Of a DNA stretch of 58,770 bases, positions 42,499 through 52,249 are shown in pieces. How positions within the stretch are numbered: position 1 is the stretch's first letter; every line of letters starts with the position of its first letter. The notes below the pieces were generated by a model that worked only from the letters and a program-made list of their open reading frames with translations, was not told the DNA's origin and searched no databases. The position numbers were made by a program, and so were the translations under genes. This stretch comes from an uncultured Candidatus Saccharibacteria bacterium (GTDB lineage: Bacteria; Patescibacteriota; Minisyncoccia; Phycocordibacterales; Zambryskibacteraceae): positions 1 through 58,770 of the forward strand of contig CAZYGU010000002.1 of NCBI GenBank assembly GCA_964646785.1, given 5' to 3'.

Positions 42499-42879
42499 AT
42501 GCGATTACTCGGTATAACACTTCCAGAAGAAAAACGTCTTGAAATTGGCTTGACTGCTCTTTTTGGTATTGGCCGACCACTTGCAAGAAAAATTCTTGAT
42601 CAAGCAAATATTGCATACAATTTGAAACCAAAGGATCTTAATGTAGATCAGGAAAACGAGATCAAGAAGTATGTCGAGGCAAACAAGGTTGAAGGTGATT
42701 TAAAACGAGAAATTGCGGGTAATGTTAAGAGATTGAAGGATATTAAAGCATATCGTGGTGTGCGACATATGCGAAGCCTTCCAGTTCGTGGTCAAAGAAC
42801 AAAAACGAACTCTCGAACACGTCGAGGTAATATTCGAAAGACTATGGGAACAGGAAGAAAGGTTGCCGACAAGAAGTAA
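42499..42879 (+). CDS. rpsM: 30S ribosomal protein S13
   Basis: LTALFGIGRPLARKIL...YRGVRHMRSLPVRGQRTKTNSRTRRG, with conserved gene order. Confidence 0.95.
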   Translation: MRLLGITLPEEKRLEIGLTALFGIGRPLARKILDQANIAYNLKPKDLNVDQENEIKKYVEANKVEGDLKREIAGNVKRLKDIKAYRGVRHMRSLPVRGQRTKTNSRTRRGNIRKTMGTGRKVADKK

Positions 42880-43002
42880 GGTTTACATTTTTTTTGCAGT
42901 ATGTTATTAATAATGAGATTTACATATAGGGCAATTTGAGGAATTAGCACCTCGCATAAGGAGGATAAAGGTGCTATTTTCTTGTCTGTTACGAACAATA
43001 TA

Positions 43003-43434
43003 ATGGGAAAGAAACGAATAGTAAAAAAAGCAGGCGAAGAAGGTGAGGCACAAGGCTCACAGTCGGTTTCTTCTATTTCAAAAAAACGAGCAGATACAGG
43101 TATTCTTTCTGTTCAATCTACTTACAACAACACGAAGGTTATTTTGACTGATCCTAGGGGAAACACTCTTGCATGGTCATCAAGTGGTTCTCTTGGTTTC
43201 CGTGGTGCAAAAAAAGGAACCCCATTTGCCGCAGCAAAGGTTGGAGAAATTGTCGGTGCAAAGGCACAGGCAATCGGTATTAAAGAGGTTACTGTTGTAG
43301 TAAAAGGTGTTGGTTCTGGACGTGAGTCAGGAATTCGAGGTTTCTTATCAAAAGGTATTAACCTCACATCAATTAAGGATGCTACGCCTGTGCCACATAA
43401 TGGGCCAAAACCTAAAAAGCCACGAAGAGTGTAA
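43003..43434 (+). CDS. rpsK: 30S ribosomal protein S11
   Basis: GILSVQSTYNNTKVILTDPRGNTLAWSSSGSLGFRGAKKGTPFAA...TPVPHNGPKPKKPRRV. I prefer ATG 43003 over the track's TTG 42982. Confidence 0.92.
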   Translation: MGKKRIVKKAGEEGEAQGSQSVSSISKKRADTGILSVQSTYNNTKVILTDPRGNTLAWSSSGSLGFRGAKKGTPFAAAKVGEIVGAKAQAIGIKEVTVVVKGVGSGRESGIRGFLSKGINLTSIKDATPVPHNGPKPKKPRRV

Positions 43435-43446
43435 TTATATTTTTTT

Positions 43447-44058
43447 ATGATCATCGGACCAAAATACAAAATAGCACGACGACTTGGAGCTCCAGTCTTT
43501 GAAAAAACACAAACACAGAAGTTTGCACTTTCTTTGGCACGCCGAGAAAAAACACGAAAAGGTTTTGTACGTCCAAAATCTGAATATGGCGCTCAATTAC
43601 TTGAAAAGCAAAAAGCTCGATTCACTTACTGTCTTACTGAAAAGCAATTTGGTAACTATGTAAAAAAAGCTCTTGCAAAAAAGGGAACCCAGGTTGCAAA
43701 CGCACTTTTTGAGTCACTAGAAACTCGAGCAGATAGCTTTGCGTACCGAGCTGGTTTTGCTCCAACTCGTCTTGCTGCTCGACAAATGGTTGGTCACGGT
43801 CACATGATGGTAAATGGAAAGAGAATTACAATTCCTTCATTTGCACTTTCTGAGGGAGACACTCTTTCAATCAGACCAGCAAGTGTGAACAAGCCTTTAT
43901 TTAAGGACTTGGAAGAAAGACTGAAGACCCACAATCGACCAGCTTGGATAGGTTTTGATGCTGACACAAAGACCGCTACTGTCCAAGGTAAGCCGAAGTA
44001 TGAGAGTGGTGAATCCCTTTACGATATTAACGCCATTTTGGAATTTTATAGCAGATAA
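43447..44058 (+). CDS. rpsD: 30S ribosomal protein S4
   Basis: GPKYKIARRLG..., LETRADSFAYRAGFAPTRLAARQMVGHGHMMVNGKRITIPSF (S4 domain). Confidence 0.92.
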   Translation: MIIGPKYKIARRLGAPVFEKTQTQKFALSLARREKTRKGFVRPKSEYGAQLLEKQKARFTYCLTEKQFGNYVKKALAKKGTQVANALFESLETRADSFAYRAGFAPTRLAARQMVGHGHMMVNGKRITIPSFALSEGDTLSIRPASVNKPLFKDLEERLKTHNRPAWIGFDADTKTATVQGKPKYESGESLYDINAILEFYSR

Positions 44059-44084
44059 TTTTAATAGCTTTTTATATCAATACC

Positions 44085-45047
44085 ATGTCAGATCACTCAA
44101 TAGTTTTGCCATCAAAGCCAAAGATTGTCTCAGAAGACAATTTTTCTGGTAGTTATGAAATTGACGGATTGTATCCAGGATACGGTCATACACTTGGAAA
44201 TTCTCTTCGAAGAATCATTCTTTCTTCATTACCTGGAGGAGCAATCACATCTGTAAAAATTGATGGCGTTGACCATGAGTTTTCTACTATTTCTGGAGTT
44301 AAAGAGGATGTCATCAACATCATTCTTAATCTAAAGAAAGTTCGTATTAAAATGCTTAGTGATGAACCTCAGACTCTAACACTCAAGGCAAAAGGAGTGA
44401 AGGAAGTTACTGCAAAAGATATTGAAATAGTTGGTCAGGTTGAAATTCTTAATCCTGATCTAGTTATTGCAAACCTTACTGACAAAAACTCAGAGCTTTC
44501 TATTGAAATGAGTGTTGAGAAGGGTATGGGATATGTTGCTCGAGAGGTTCTTCAAAAAAACCGAGTTGATATTGGTACTATTGCACTTGATGCAATTTTC
44601 ACCCCGATTCGTCGCGTAAGCTACGAAGTAGAGAATATGCGTGTAGGTGATAGAACTGATTTCAATCGTTTGAAAATCTTTATTGAAACTGATGGAACTA
44701 TCACTCCAAAGGAAGCTCTTGAGAACTCAATCGAAATCATGATCAACCAATTGAAATCTATTATTGGTTTCAAAGAAGAACTCGAAGTTTCTCAGTCGGA
44801 AGTTGCAGATGAAAAATCTGATTCTTCTGAGAAGCAAGAGATTGACGCCGAACTCCTTAAAACTCGCATTGAATCAATCGGTCTTTCAGCACGAACATTG
44901 AACGCACTCTCAAATGCAAACATTCGAACAGTAGGAGGCTTGTCACGAAAGAAAGAAAAAGATCTTCTTGATGTTGATGGCCTAGGAGCAAAGGGAATTC
45001 AAGAAATTCGAGTGATGCTTGCAGGTTACGGAATAACACTAAAATAA
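44085..45047 (+). CDS. rpoA: DNA-directed RNA polymerase subunit alpha
   Basis: [44 protein letters not shown], plus the C-terminal domain [20 protein letters not shown]. Confidence 0.93.
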   Translation: [320 protein letters not shown]

Positions 45048-45065
45048 GTATTTGTATCTATTACC

Positions 45066-45410
45066 ATGAGACACCACAACGCAAACAGAAAATTCGGACG
45101 AAAATCTAATCAGAGAAAAGCGCTTCTTAAAGCTCTTGCTGTGGGTCTTATTTCTAGTGGAAAAATTGAAACTTCAGAACCAAAGGCAAAAGAGCTTCGA
45201 CCATTCATCGAAAAGCTTATTACGAATGCAGGAAAGGGCACTCTTGCAGCTTACAGATTGGTTATTGCGGCTGTTGGACCTGCAGCAGGAAAGAAGCTTT
45301 TTATTGAAATCGGACCAAAGTATAAAGGAAAAAGTGGATATACTCGCATCATCAAGATGACTCCTCGAAAAGGAGATGGGAGTCCACGAGCTTATATTGA
45401 ATTTGTATAA
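45066..45410 (+). CDS. rplQ: 50S ribosomal protein L17
   Basis: MRHHNANRKFGRKSNQRKALLKAL...ETSEPKAKELRPFIEKLIT...GYTRI. Confidence 0.92.
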   Translation: MRHHNANRKFGRKSNQRKALLKALAVGLISSGKIETSEPKAKELRPFIEKLITNAGKGTLAAYRLVIAAVGPAAGKKLFIEIGPKYKGKSGYTRIIKMTPRKGDGSPRAYIEFV

Positions 45411-45415
45411 CTACC

Positions 45416-45763
45416 ATGAAGACTCACACTATTGACGCATCACAAAAGAAACTTGGACGACTCGCTTCAGAGATTGCTCATATTCTAATGGGTAAAGACA
45501 CTCCTGAATTTTCAAAAAATACTGTTGCTAATGTTCAGGTTATTGTTACAAACTCAGCACAAATGGATATTCCTGATTTTAAAAAGGATGTGCAAGGATA
45601 CAAGTGGTATTCAGGATTTCCTGGAGGTCTTCGATTTGAAAAGTTAAAAGATGCAATCCTTAAGAAGGGTCACGGAGAAGTTCTTCGACGAACTGTTTAT
45701 GGTATGCTTCCTATTAACAAACTTCGACGACGAATGATCCAGAATCTCGTTATTAAAGATTAA
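45416..45763 (+). CDS. rplM: 50S ribosomal protein L13 (short form, 115 aa)
   Basis: DASQKKLGRLASEIAHILMGK...WYSGFPGGLRFEKL...VLRRTVYGMLPINKLRR. It is shorter at both ends than the ~140-aa enterobacterial protein. Confidence 0.88.
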   Translation: MKTHTIDASQKKLGRLASEIAHILMGKDTPEFSKNTVANVQVIVTNSAQMDIPDFKKDVQGYKWYSGFPGGLRFEKLKDAILKKGHGEVLRRTVYGMLPINKLRRRMIQNLVIKD

Positions 45764-45767
45764 TTCC

Positions 45768-46178
45768 ATGACTGAAACTACAGAAAAAACAAAATACATT
45801 GGTGCAGTGGGACGAAGAAAAACTTCGATTGCTCGTGTTCGCATAACACCTGCATCAAAGACTTCTATTCTTGTAAATGATCGAGAATTTGACGAATACT
45901 TCCCAACAGCAGAACTCCGCAGAACAGCAATGGAAGCACTAACACAAAGCAAAATTGAGCAGAAGTTTAAAATTACAGTTCATGTAGAAAGTGGAGGAAT
46001 TAGTTCACAATCTGGGGCAGTACGACATGGTATCGCACGAGCACTCATCATATACGATGAACATCTCAGAAAAACTTTGAAATCGCTTGGTTTCCTAAAA
46101 AGAGATGCTCGTGCAAAAGAGCGAAGAAAATTCGGTCTCAAGAAAGCTCGAAAAGCACCTCAGTGGTCAAAAAGATAA
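45768..46178 (+). CDS. rpsI: 30S ribosomal protein S9
   Basis: GAVGRRKTSIARVRI...GGISSQSGAVRHGIARAL...LKRDARAKERRKFGLKKARKAPQWSKR. Confidence 0.93.
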   Translation: MTETTEKTKYIGAVGRRKTSIARVRITPASKTSILVNDREFDEYFPTAELRRTAMEALTQSKIEQKFKITVHVESGGISSQSGAVRHGIARALIIYDEHLRKTLKSLGFLKRDARAKERRKFGLKKARKAPQWSKR

Positions 46179-46183
46179 TTTTA

Positions 46184-46215
46184 AAAACAGACTTACTAAA
46201 GTCTGTTTTTACTTT
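46184..46215 (+). terminator. rho-independent terminator after rpsI
   Basis: aaaacagact (46184-46193) pairs with agtctgtttt (46200-46209), with a 6-nt loop and a T-rich tail. Confidence 0.6.
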
Positions 46216-46242
46216 TTACTAAGTTTCTGTATACTGTGTGCC

Positions 46243-46812
46243 ATGAACGACGAACATGATGACATTATCCTTGATGAGGAAACCGGAATTGACGACAGTG
46301 TACTTGCTGATGAAGCACAAAGTGACACCATCAAGAAATTAAAATTAAAGCTTAAGGATGCCGAGGATAAATCGAAAGAATACTTGGATGGTTGGCAAAG
46401 AGCAAAAGCAGATTTCGTTAACATCAGAAAGCGCGATGAAGAGAATCAAAAGGAGTTTGTAAAATTTGCAAAAGAAGGAGTTATTGCCGATCTTATTCCA
46501 GTTCTTGATAGTTTTGATTTAGCCCTTCAGAATAAAACTGCTTGGGAAGCACTTCCTAAGGATTGGAGAATTGGAATGGAATCAATCTATAACCAACTTG
46601 TTTCGATACTTGCAACACATGGTGTTAGTAAAGACACTCCAACAGGTAAACCATTTGACCCTAATCATCACGATGCTGTAGCAATGGTATCTGTTGATAA
46701 CAAAGAAAACGATCATATTGTAATGGAGACACTCCAATCCGGCTACAATTTAGGAGAAAAGAATATTAGACCAGCAAAGGTGAAAGTGGGAGAATATACA
46801 GAAACACAGTAG
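46243..46812 (+). CDS. grpE: nucleotide exchange factor GrpE
   Basis: I start it at ATG 46243 (MNDEHDD...), because track start 46105 overlaps rpsI. Landmarks: YLDGWQRAKADFVNIRKR..., DLIPVLDSFDLAL, FDPNHHDAVAMV. Confidence 0.88.
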   Translation: MNDEHDDIILDEETGIDDSVLADEAQSDTIKKLKLKLKDAEDKSKEYLDGWQRAKADFVNIRKRDEENQKEFVKFAKEGVIADLIPVLDSFDLALQNKTAWEALPKDWRIGMESIYNQLVSILATHGVSKDTPTGKPFDPNHHDAVAMVSVDNKENDHIVMETLQSGYNLGEKNIRPAKVKVGEYTETQ

Positions 46813-46814
46813 GT

Positions 46815-46843
46815 TTGACAGTAGACTTTTTAATCTTTATAAT
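46815..46843 (+). promoter_or_regulatory. consensus sigma70 promoter (TTGACA-17-TATAAT) upstream of dnaK
   Basis: ttgaca at 46815-46820, a 17-nt spacer, then tataat at 46838-46843. dnaK's ATG is at 46887. Confidence 0.6.
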
Positions 46844-46886
46844 GCGATTCTCAAACGTTATTTAATAGCTTAACTTCATATAAACA

Positions 46887-48803
46887 ATGTCAAAAATCAT
46901 CGGAATAGACCTTGGAACAACAAATTCTGCCGTTGCGGTAATGGAGCTCGGCAACCCTAAAATTATTGAAAATAGCGAGGGTGCTCGTACAACTCCTTCT
47001 GTTGTCGCGATATCAAAAACTGGCGAACGCCTCGTTGGTCTTCTTGCACGAAGACAAGGTGTAACTAATCCAAAAAACACCGTCTTTGGCATTAAGCGAT
47101 TTATTGGTCACACTTTTAGTGATCCTGCTGTTCAAAAAGACAAAGCAGCGGTTCCATTTGAAGTATCAGCAAGCAGCAACAGCGGTGTTGAAGTCACGAT
47201 GGGTGATAAAAAATATCGTCCAGAAGAAGTGTCTGCAATGATTCTACAAAAACTAAAGGCTGATGCAGAAGCTCGCCTCGGTGAAAAAGTTACCGAAGCA
47301 ATAATCACAGTGCCTGCATATTTCAATGATGCGCAACGACAAGCTACAAAAGATGCTGGAAAAATCGCTGGTCTCGATGTAAAGAGAATCATTAACGAGC
47401 CAACAGCTGCAGCTCTTGCATACGGATTTAATAAAAAGAAAAATGAAAAGATTGCCGTATACGACTTCGGTGGTGGTACATTTGACATATCTATTCTTGA
47501 AGTTGACGTGGACGAAGTTGGGGGAGATGTGAAGGTAAAATCAACTGATGGCGATAGTCATCTTGGTGGAAAAGATATTGATCAAAAAATTATTGCTTGG
47601 CTCGCTGAGGAATTCAAGAAGGAATCAGGAATCGATGTTCGCGGTGATGCATTAGCACTCCAAAGACTCGACGAGGCTGCTGAGAAGGCTAAAATTGAGC
47701 TTTCTACTGCTGTTGAAAGCGAAGTGAACATTCCATTCATTACTTCAGATGCAAGCGGTCCACGGCACCTTCTTATTAAAATGACTCGTTCAAAACTTGA
47801 AGAAATCTCCAAGGAATTTATTGATCGTTCAATAGAAATCAGTAAGAGAGCAATTAGCGCTTCTCCTTATAAAGTCGAGGAAATTGACGAGGTAATACTT
47901 GTTGGTGGGCAAACAAGAATGCCAGCAATTGAAGCTGCAGTAAAGGCATTATTTGGAAAAGAACCAAACAAATCCATTAACCCTGACGAAGTGGTGGCTC
48001 TTGGAGCTGCAGTACAAGGAGGTGTTATTTCTGGAGATGTAAAGGATATCCTTCTTCTTGATGTGATTCCACTTTCACTTGGTATTGAAACTCTTGGTGG
48101 AGTAGCAACAAAACTTATCGAAAAGAACACAACGATTCCTTCTTCACGGTCACAAACATTTTCTACTGCAGCTGACAACCAAACTTCAGTTGAAATTCAT
48201 ATTGTCCAAGGCGAGCGTCCGGTTGCGAGTGACAACAAAAGTCTTGGAAAATTTATTCTTGACGGAATCCCACCATCACCACGTGGAATGCCGCAGGTAG
48301 AAGTGTCATTTGATATTGATGCAAATGGAATTTTAAGTGTGAAAGCAAAAGATAAAACATCAGGAAAAGAACAATCAATTCGTATTGAGGCAAGCTCAGG
48401 TTTAACTCCTGCTGAAATTGAAAAAATGCAGAAAGACGCAGAACTTCACAAGGACGAGGACATGAAAAAGAAGGAGCATGTAGAGGTAAAAAACCATGCT
48501 GAGCAACTCGTATACACTGCAGAAAAATCATTGAAAGATGCTGAAGGAAAAATCGCTGAGGACTTAAAAACTGCAGTTCAAGCAAAAATCGATGCATTAA
48601 AAAAGGAAAAGGATAGTGGAACGACTGAGTCAATCAAAAAAGCTACAGAAGAGCTTAGTGCTGAGCTGCAAAAAATTGGTCCGGCAATGCAACAAGCGAG
48701 TGGTACACAACAAAGCACTGAAACAGAAAATACAACCGATCAACCTAATACCACTGAAGCTAACTTTGAGGAAAAGAAAGACGACGTACCACCACAGGTA
48801 TAA
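46887..48803 (+). CDS. dnaK: molecular chaperone DnaK (Hsp70)
   Basis: [39 protein letters not shown], and a full-length substrate-binding domain. Confidence 0.97.
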   Translation: MSKIIGIDLGTTNSAVAVMELGNPKIIENSEGARTTPSVVAISKTGERLVGLLARRQGVTNPKNTVFGIKRFIGHTFSDPAVQKDKAAVPFEVSASSNSGVEVTMGDKKYRPEEVSAMILQKLKADAEARLGEKVTEAIITVPAYFNDAQRQATKDAGKIAGLDVKRIINEPTAAALAYGFNKKKNEKIAVYDFGGGTFDISILEVDVDEVGGDVKVKSTDGDSHLGGKDIDQKIIAWLAEEFKKESGIDVRGDALALQRLDEAAEKAKIELSTAVESEVNIPFITSDASGPRHLLIKMTRSKLEEISKEFIDRSIEISKRAISASPYKVEEIDEVILVGGQTRMPAIEAAVKALFGKEPNKSINPDEVVALGAAVQGGVISGDVKDILLLDVIPLSLGIETLGGVATKLIEKNTTIPSSRSQTFSTAADNQTSVEIHIVQGERPVASDNKSLGKFILDGIPPSPRGMPQVEVSFDIDANGILSVKAKDKTSGKEQSIRIEASSGLTPAEIEKMQKDAELHKDEDMKKKEHVEVKNHAEQLVYTAEKSLKDAEGKIAEDLKTAVQAKIDALKKEKDSGTTESIKKATEELSAELQKIGPAMQQASGTQQSTETENTTDQPNTTEANFEEKKDDVPPQV

Positions 48804-48860
48804 TTGTTTTGAATATTAAAAAGCTATAAGCTAAGTGTAGGAGCTACTAGCTTACTATCT

Positions 48861-49943
48861 ATGTCTAAAGATTATTACAAAACGCTTGGTGTTGAAAAAA
48901 ATGCATCGAAGGATGATATAAAAAAGGCGTTTCGAAAACTCGCACACGAACACCACCCAGACAAACAAGGAGGTAATGAATCAAAGTTTAAAGAGATTAA
49001 TGAAGCATATGATGTGCTTTCTGATGAAAAAAAACGTAGTCAGTACGACTCATTTGGATCCGGTGCATTTAATGGTGGACAGGGTTTTGGAGGGGAACAA
49101 GGTTTTGGAGGCTTTGATTTTTCTGGCTTCCAACAAGCACAAGGTCAAGGTGTAGAATTTGATTTAGGCGATATATTTGGAGATATTTTTTCTGGTTTTA
49201 GTGGTGGGCGCAGTCAAAATAGAAGAGGTCGTGATATTTCAATTGATATTTCACTTTCATTTAAAGATGCAGTATTTGGTGTCGAAAGAAAGGTTCTTCT
49301 TAATAAAGTTTCAACTTGCGAAACCTGTGGCGGAAATGGTGCAAAAAAGGGAAGTGACATGGACACATGTGGAACATGTAACGGGAAAGGTAAAATTAAC
49401 GAAGTTAGAAGATCTATTATTGGATCATTCTCTCAAGTAAAAACTTGCGAAGTTTGTCACGGAATTGGAAAAATACCAAAAGAAAAGTGCGACACTTGTC
49501 ACGGCAAAGGAACATTAAAGCAAGACCAGGAAATCACGGTTTCAATTCCTGCTGGAATCGAACACGGTGAGATGGTAAGACTTTCTGGAATGGGGGAAGC
49601 AATAACAGGAGGACAACCGGGTGATTTGTATATAAAAATACACGTTGAAAGAGACCAGCAGTTTAGAAAGGAGGGAAATAATCTTGTAATGGATCTCCAT
49701 ATTAAACTTTCCGATGCACTTCTCGGAACAAAATTTGACATCAAAACTCTTGACGGGACAATTACACTGACTATACCGGAGGGAGTGAATTTTTTTGAAG
49801 TATTAAGAGTAAAAGGAAAAGGTGTTCCGAACCAAAATGGAAAAAGAGGAGATATTCTTGTGCGAATCTTAATTGATATACCAAAGAAACTATCAAAGGA
49901 TGTGAAGAAGTCGGTTGAGGAGTTGAGATCAAAGGGGGTATAA
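48861..49943 (+). CDS. dnaJ: molecular chaperone DnaJ
   Basis: J domain DYYKTLGV...HHPDK, a G/F-rich region, and four CxxCxGxG zinc-finger motifs ([32 protein letters not shown]). Confidence 0.95.
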   Translation: MSKDYYKTLGVEKNASKDDIKKAFRKLAHEHHPDKQGGNESKFKEINEAYDVLSDEKKRSQYDSFGSGAFNGGQGFGGEQGFGGFDFSGFQQAQGQGVEFDLGDIFGDIFSGFSGGRSQNRRGRDISIDISLSFKDAVFGVERKVLLNKVSTCETCGGNGAKKGSDMDTCGTCNGKGKINEVRRSIIGSFSQVKTCEVCHGIGKIPKEKCDTCHGKGTLKQDQEITVSIPAGIEHGEMVRLSGMGEAITGGQPGDLYIKIHVERDQQFRKEGNNLVMDLHIKLSDALLGTKFDIKTLDGTITLTIPEGVNFFEVLRVKGKGVPNQNGKRGDILVRILIDIPKKLSKDVKKSVEELRSKGV

Positions 49944-49952
49944 TAACAAGAT

Positions 49953-50456
49953 ATGGAAATAGTTCGTGAAGCCGTCCAGGCTGTTCTTTCGTTTTCTTCG
50001 GATGCTGTTGTCATCCTCCTTCTTGTTGCGGGTCTATCCGCATATGCTTTTATACTGGGAAAAGGTAGAGCAATATCACTTCTCATTTCCTTTTATCCCG
50101 CTGCACTTCTCTTTAAGTATCTACCTTTTTTAAAACAGTACACGGTAGCAAACCCTGCCACTTCAGCTTTAGCAATTGAACAAGCTGTTATTTTTCTTAT
50201 TCTAGTTGGAATCACACACATTGTATTAAATAGTCTCATTTCCATTGAATCATCATACTCAAAAGTGAGGAAAATTCTCGATTCACTTATTCTTGGTGTA
50301 ACTACTGCAAGTATCGTAATTGTATGTTCATACAGTGTTGTTACGATAAAAAACTTCTACAACTTTTCAAATAGTATAGACTCACTATTTGCTAGTGGAC
50401 TTATTTTTTATTGGATGTTTGCACCATTTGTCGTTATTTACTTACTTAGAAGGTAA
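49953..50456 (+). CDS. hypothetical integral membrane protein (possibly CvpA-like)
   Basis: 167 aa with four predicted hydrophobic helices. The family call is weak. Confidence 0.5.
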   Translation: MEIVREAVQAVLSFSSDAVVILLLVAGLSAYAFILGKGRAISLLISFYPAALLFKYLPFLKQYTVANPATSALAIEQAVIFLILVGITHIVLNSLISIESSYSKVRKILDSLILGVTTASIVIVCSYSVVTIKNFYNFSNSIDSLFASGLIFYWMFAPFVVIYLLRR

Positions 50457-50466
50457 ACTTACTATC

Positions 50467-50952
50467 ATGCAATTTCTTAAAAAGAAACATGCAACCGTAG
50501 GTGCTACTATTTTTGCAACAGAAACTATTAATCATTTATTTGATTTTTTACTCTTTCCACTTCTTTTAATTTGGTTTGGTACTATCCTTGGTTGGGCTAT
50601 TGTCACGCTTTTTGCGATCATATTGAACTATCAATTTATTTTTCTTTATAAAAAAGTTGGATTACATGAGGCAGTTCAATGGATACATGATAAAAAAGCA
50701 AAAAAAGCCGAGAATGTTTTTTATAAATTTGTTAAATACCTTTTGCATTTAGGTCACATTCCTACATTTATTTTTCTTTCATGGGAAGATCCTTCGAAAG
50801 CTTTTTTCTATATAAGGGGACATAAACTTGGTCAGTCTTTTTCGCTTCATGATTGGATCACATTATTTGTTTCAAATGCTGTTGGAACATTGATTTGGAC
50901 TGGAATGTGGGGAACGGGAATTTCACTTTTTAGACATATATTACATTTTTAG
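50467..50952 (+). CDS. hypothetical integral membrane protein
   Basis: I start it at ATG 50467 (MQFLKKKHATVG...), because track start 50389 overlaps the previous gene. It has several hydrophobic helices. Confidence 0.5.
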   Translation: MQFLKKKHATVGATIFATETINHLFDFLLFPLLLIWFGTILGWAIVTLFAIILNYQFIFLYKKVGLHEAVQWIHDKKAKKAENVFYKFVKYLLHLGHIPTFIFLSWEDPSKAFFYIRGHKLGQSFSLHDWITLFVSNAVGTLIWTGMWGTGISLFRHILHF

Positions 50953-51020
50953 AGGTGAATTTTTTGAATAGTATATATTTTATCTGACACATCCTTCACT
51001 CTTCTGCTGAATTGCTTTTC

Positions 51021-51029
51021 TGGTATAAT
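51021..51029 (+). promoter_or_regulatory. extended -10 promoter element (TGgTATAAT), 7 nt upstream of ATG 51037
   Basis: tggtataat at 51021-51029. Confidence 0.4.
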
Positions 51030-51036
51030 ACATTGA

Positions 51037-51390
51037 ATGAAATTTAATAGGACAAATATTACTTTTTTGTTAATTATCTTAATCCTTCTTTTTATTACAA
51101 TTGCAAAAGGGTTTTATACAATTTATTTTGAGAAAAATTTCGAATATCTCGTTGAAGCACCCTGTGACCAAACAACTCAAACATGCTACATACGTGATTG
51201 CTCAAACCCAGACGATTGTCCACTTAATGGACTAACTGAATATACAAAATATTCCATTACAGCTAAATATTTTAAATTGTGTTCGGATAATTCTTGTCAA
51301 AATATTTGTGGTCAACAAAATGACACTTGTAAAGAGGTAATCTGTGGCGGTGATTCATCTGATACTTGCACTTCTGGAATAGAACAATAA
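51037..51390 (+). CDS. small membrane-anchored Cys-rich protein
   Basis: N-terminal TM helix (ITFLLIILILLFITIA) followed by about 85 aa containing 10 cysteines (PCDQTTQTCYIRDCSNPDDCP...LCSDNSCQNICGQQNDTCKEVICGGDSSDTC). Confidence 0.55.
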   Translation: MKFNRTNITFLLIILILLFITIAKGFYTIYFEKNFEYLVEAPCDQTTQTCYIRDCSNPDDCPLNGLTEYTKYSITAKYFKLCSDNSCQNICGQQNDTCKEVICGGDSSDTCTSGIEQ

Positions 51391-51397
51391 CAACATC

Positions 51398-52237
51398 ATG
51401 GATTACCAAGACAGGATCGACGACTTAATAGCAAACAGAAGTACTTTCGACAGCATTGTGTATACACCTATCAATGAAGCGTTGGATGCTCTCAATGAAA
51501 GATGGAAAGATCATGAATTGGAAGAGAGAACAAGTACGTATCTCACAAATAACGTGCCAGAATCTATGATTGATGGTTTTAGTGCGGTGTTATCAAGACA
51601 CCTTGTAACTCCAAACTACGAAACAAGAAGATTCATGATAGTTCCAGATGTAACAGGACTAAAAGCTGTTTTTTTTGAGTACAATGAAGACAAATTTACC
51701 TCAAATAATTCATTAAAATACTATCTCGGAAAAATGGTCTTCCACCAAGGAACTGGAAAGAATGGTGGCCAGAAAAAAATATATGAAAATATAATCGACT
51801 TTAATAGTAGTAATGGAAAGAGAATTCAAGATTTAAAAACACTTTGGGGTCAAAATTTAGTTGAATTTCATCATGAGCTTATGGGTATAGCTTTTCCAAA
51901 TATCAATCACTCTCTCTATGATGCGTCAGATTGGTTTCATAAGAACGGACCAACAGCAAAAAACTATTATAGGAATTTTCTTGCCTTATTCATACGACAT
52001 GGAATTCTATTTGAAAATTTTGAGATAAATGGAAGTGAGGGTCAATTTGTTCGTGACGTTTTTTTACCTGCCTTTTTTGAGGTATGGAAAAATACTAATG
52101 CAAAGCCACTTATTGTTGCACTTGAGCCGACAAATATTGAAGGCGATATATTCTGGTTATCACATCCCATCGAAACAAAAAAAATAACTGATTCAAAAAA
52201 AAGTACACCTATGAGTAATAGTAAAACTAAACTATAA
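51398..52237 (+). CDS. hypothetical protein
   Basis: 279-aa ORF, soluble-looking, with no motif I recognise. Confidence 0.55.
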   Translation: MDYQDRIDDLIANRSTFDSIVYTPINEALDALNERWKDHELEERTSTYLTNNVPESMIDGFSAVLSRHLVTPNYETRRFMIVPDVTGLKAVFFEYNEDKFTSNNSLKYYLGKMVFHQGTGKNGGQKKIYENIIDFNSSNGKRIQDLKTLWGQNLVEFHHELMGIAFPNINHSLYDASDWFHKNGPTAKNYYRNFLALFIRHGILFENFEINGSEGQFVRDVFLPAFFEVWKNTNAKPLIVALEPTNIEGDIFWLSHPIETKKITDSKKSTPMSNSKTKL

Positions 52238-52249
52238 TTATTTATTACT

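Noticed and set aside
46813-46886. Expected a CIRCE/HrcA operator in front of the dnaK operon.
   Set aside because: No TTAGCACTC-N9-GAGTGCTAA-like inverted repeat is present. Only a consensus sigma70 promoter is visible, and no hrcA gene precedes grpE.
49499-50086. 195-aa minus-strand ORF antisense to dnaJ.
   Set aside because: It is nested antisense to an unambiguous dnaJ with four Zn-finger motifs. Its Ser/Pro/Ile-rich composition is typical of an antisense artefact.
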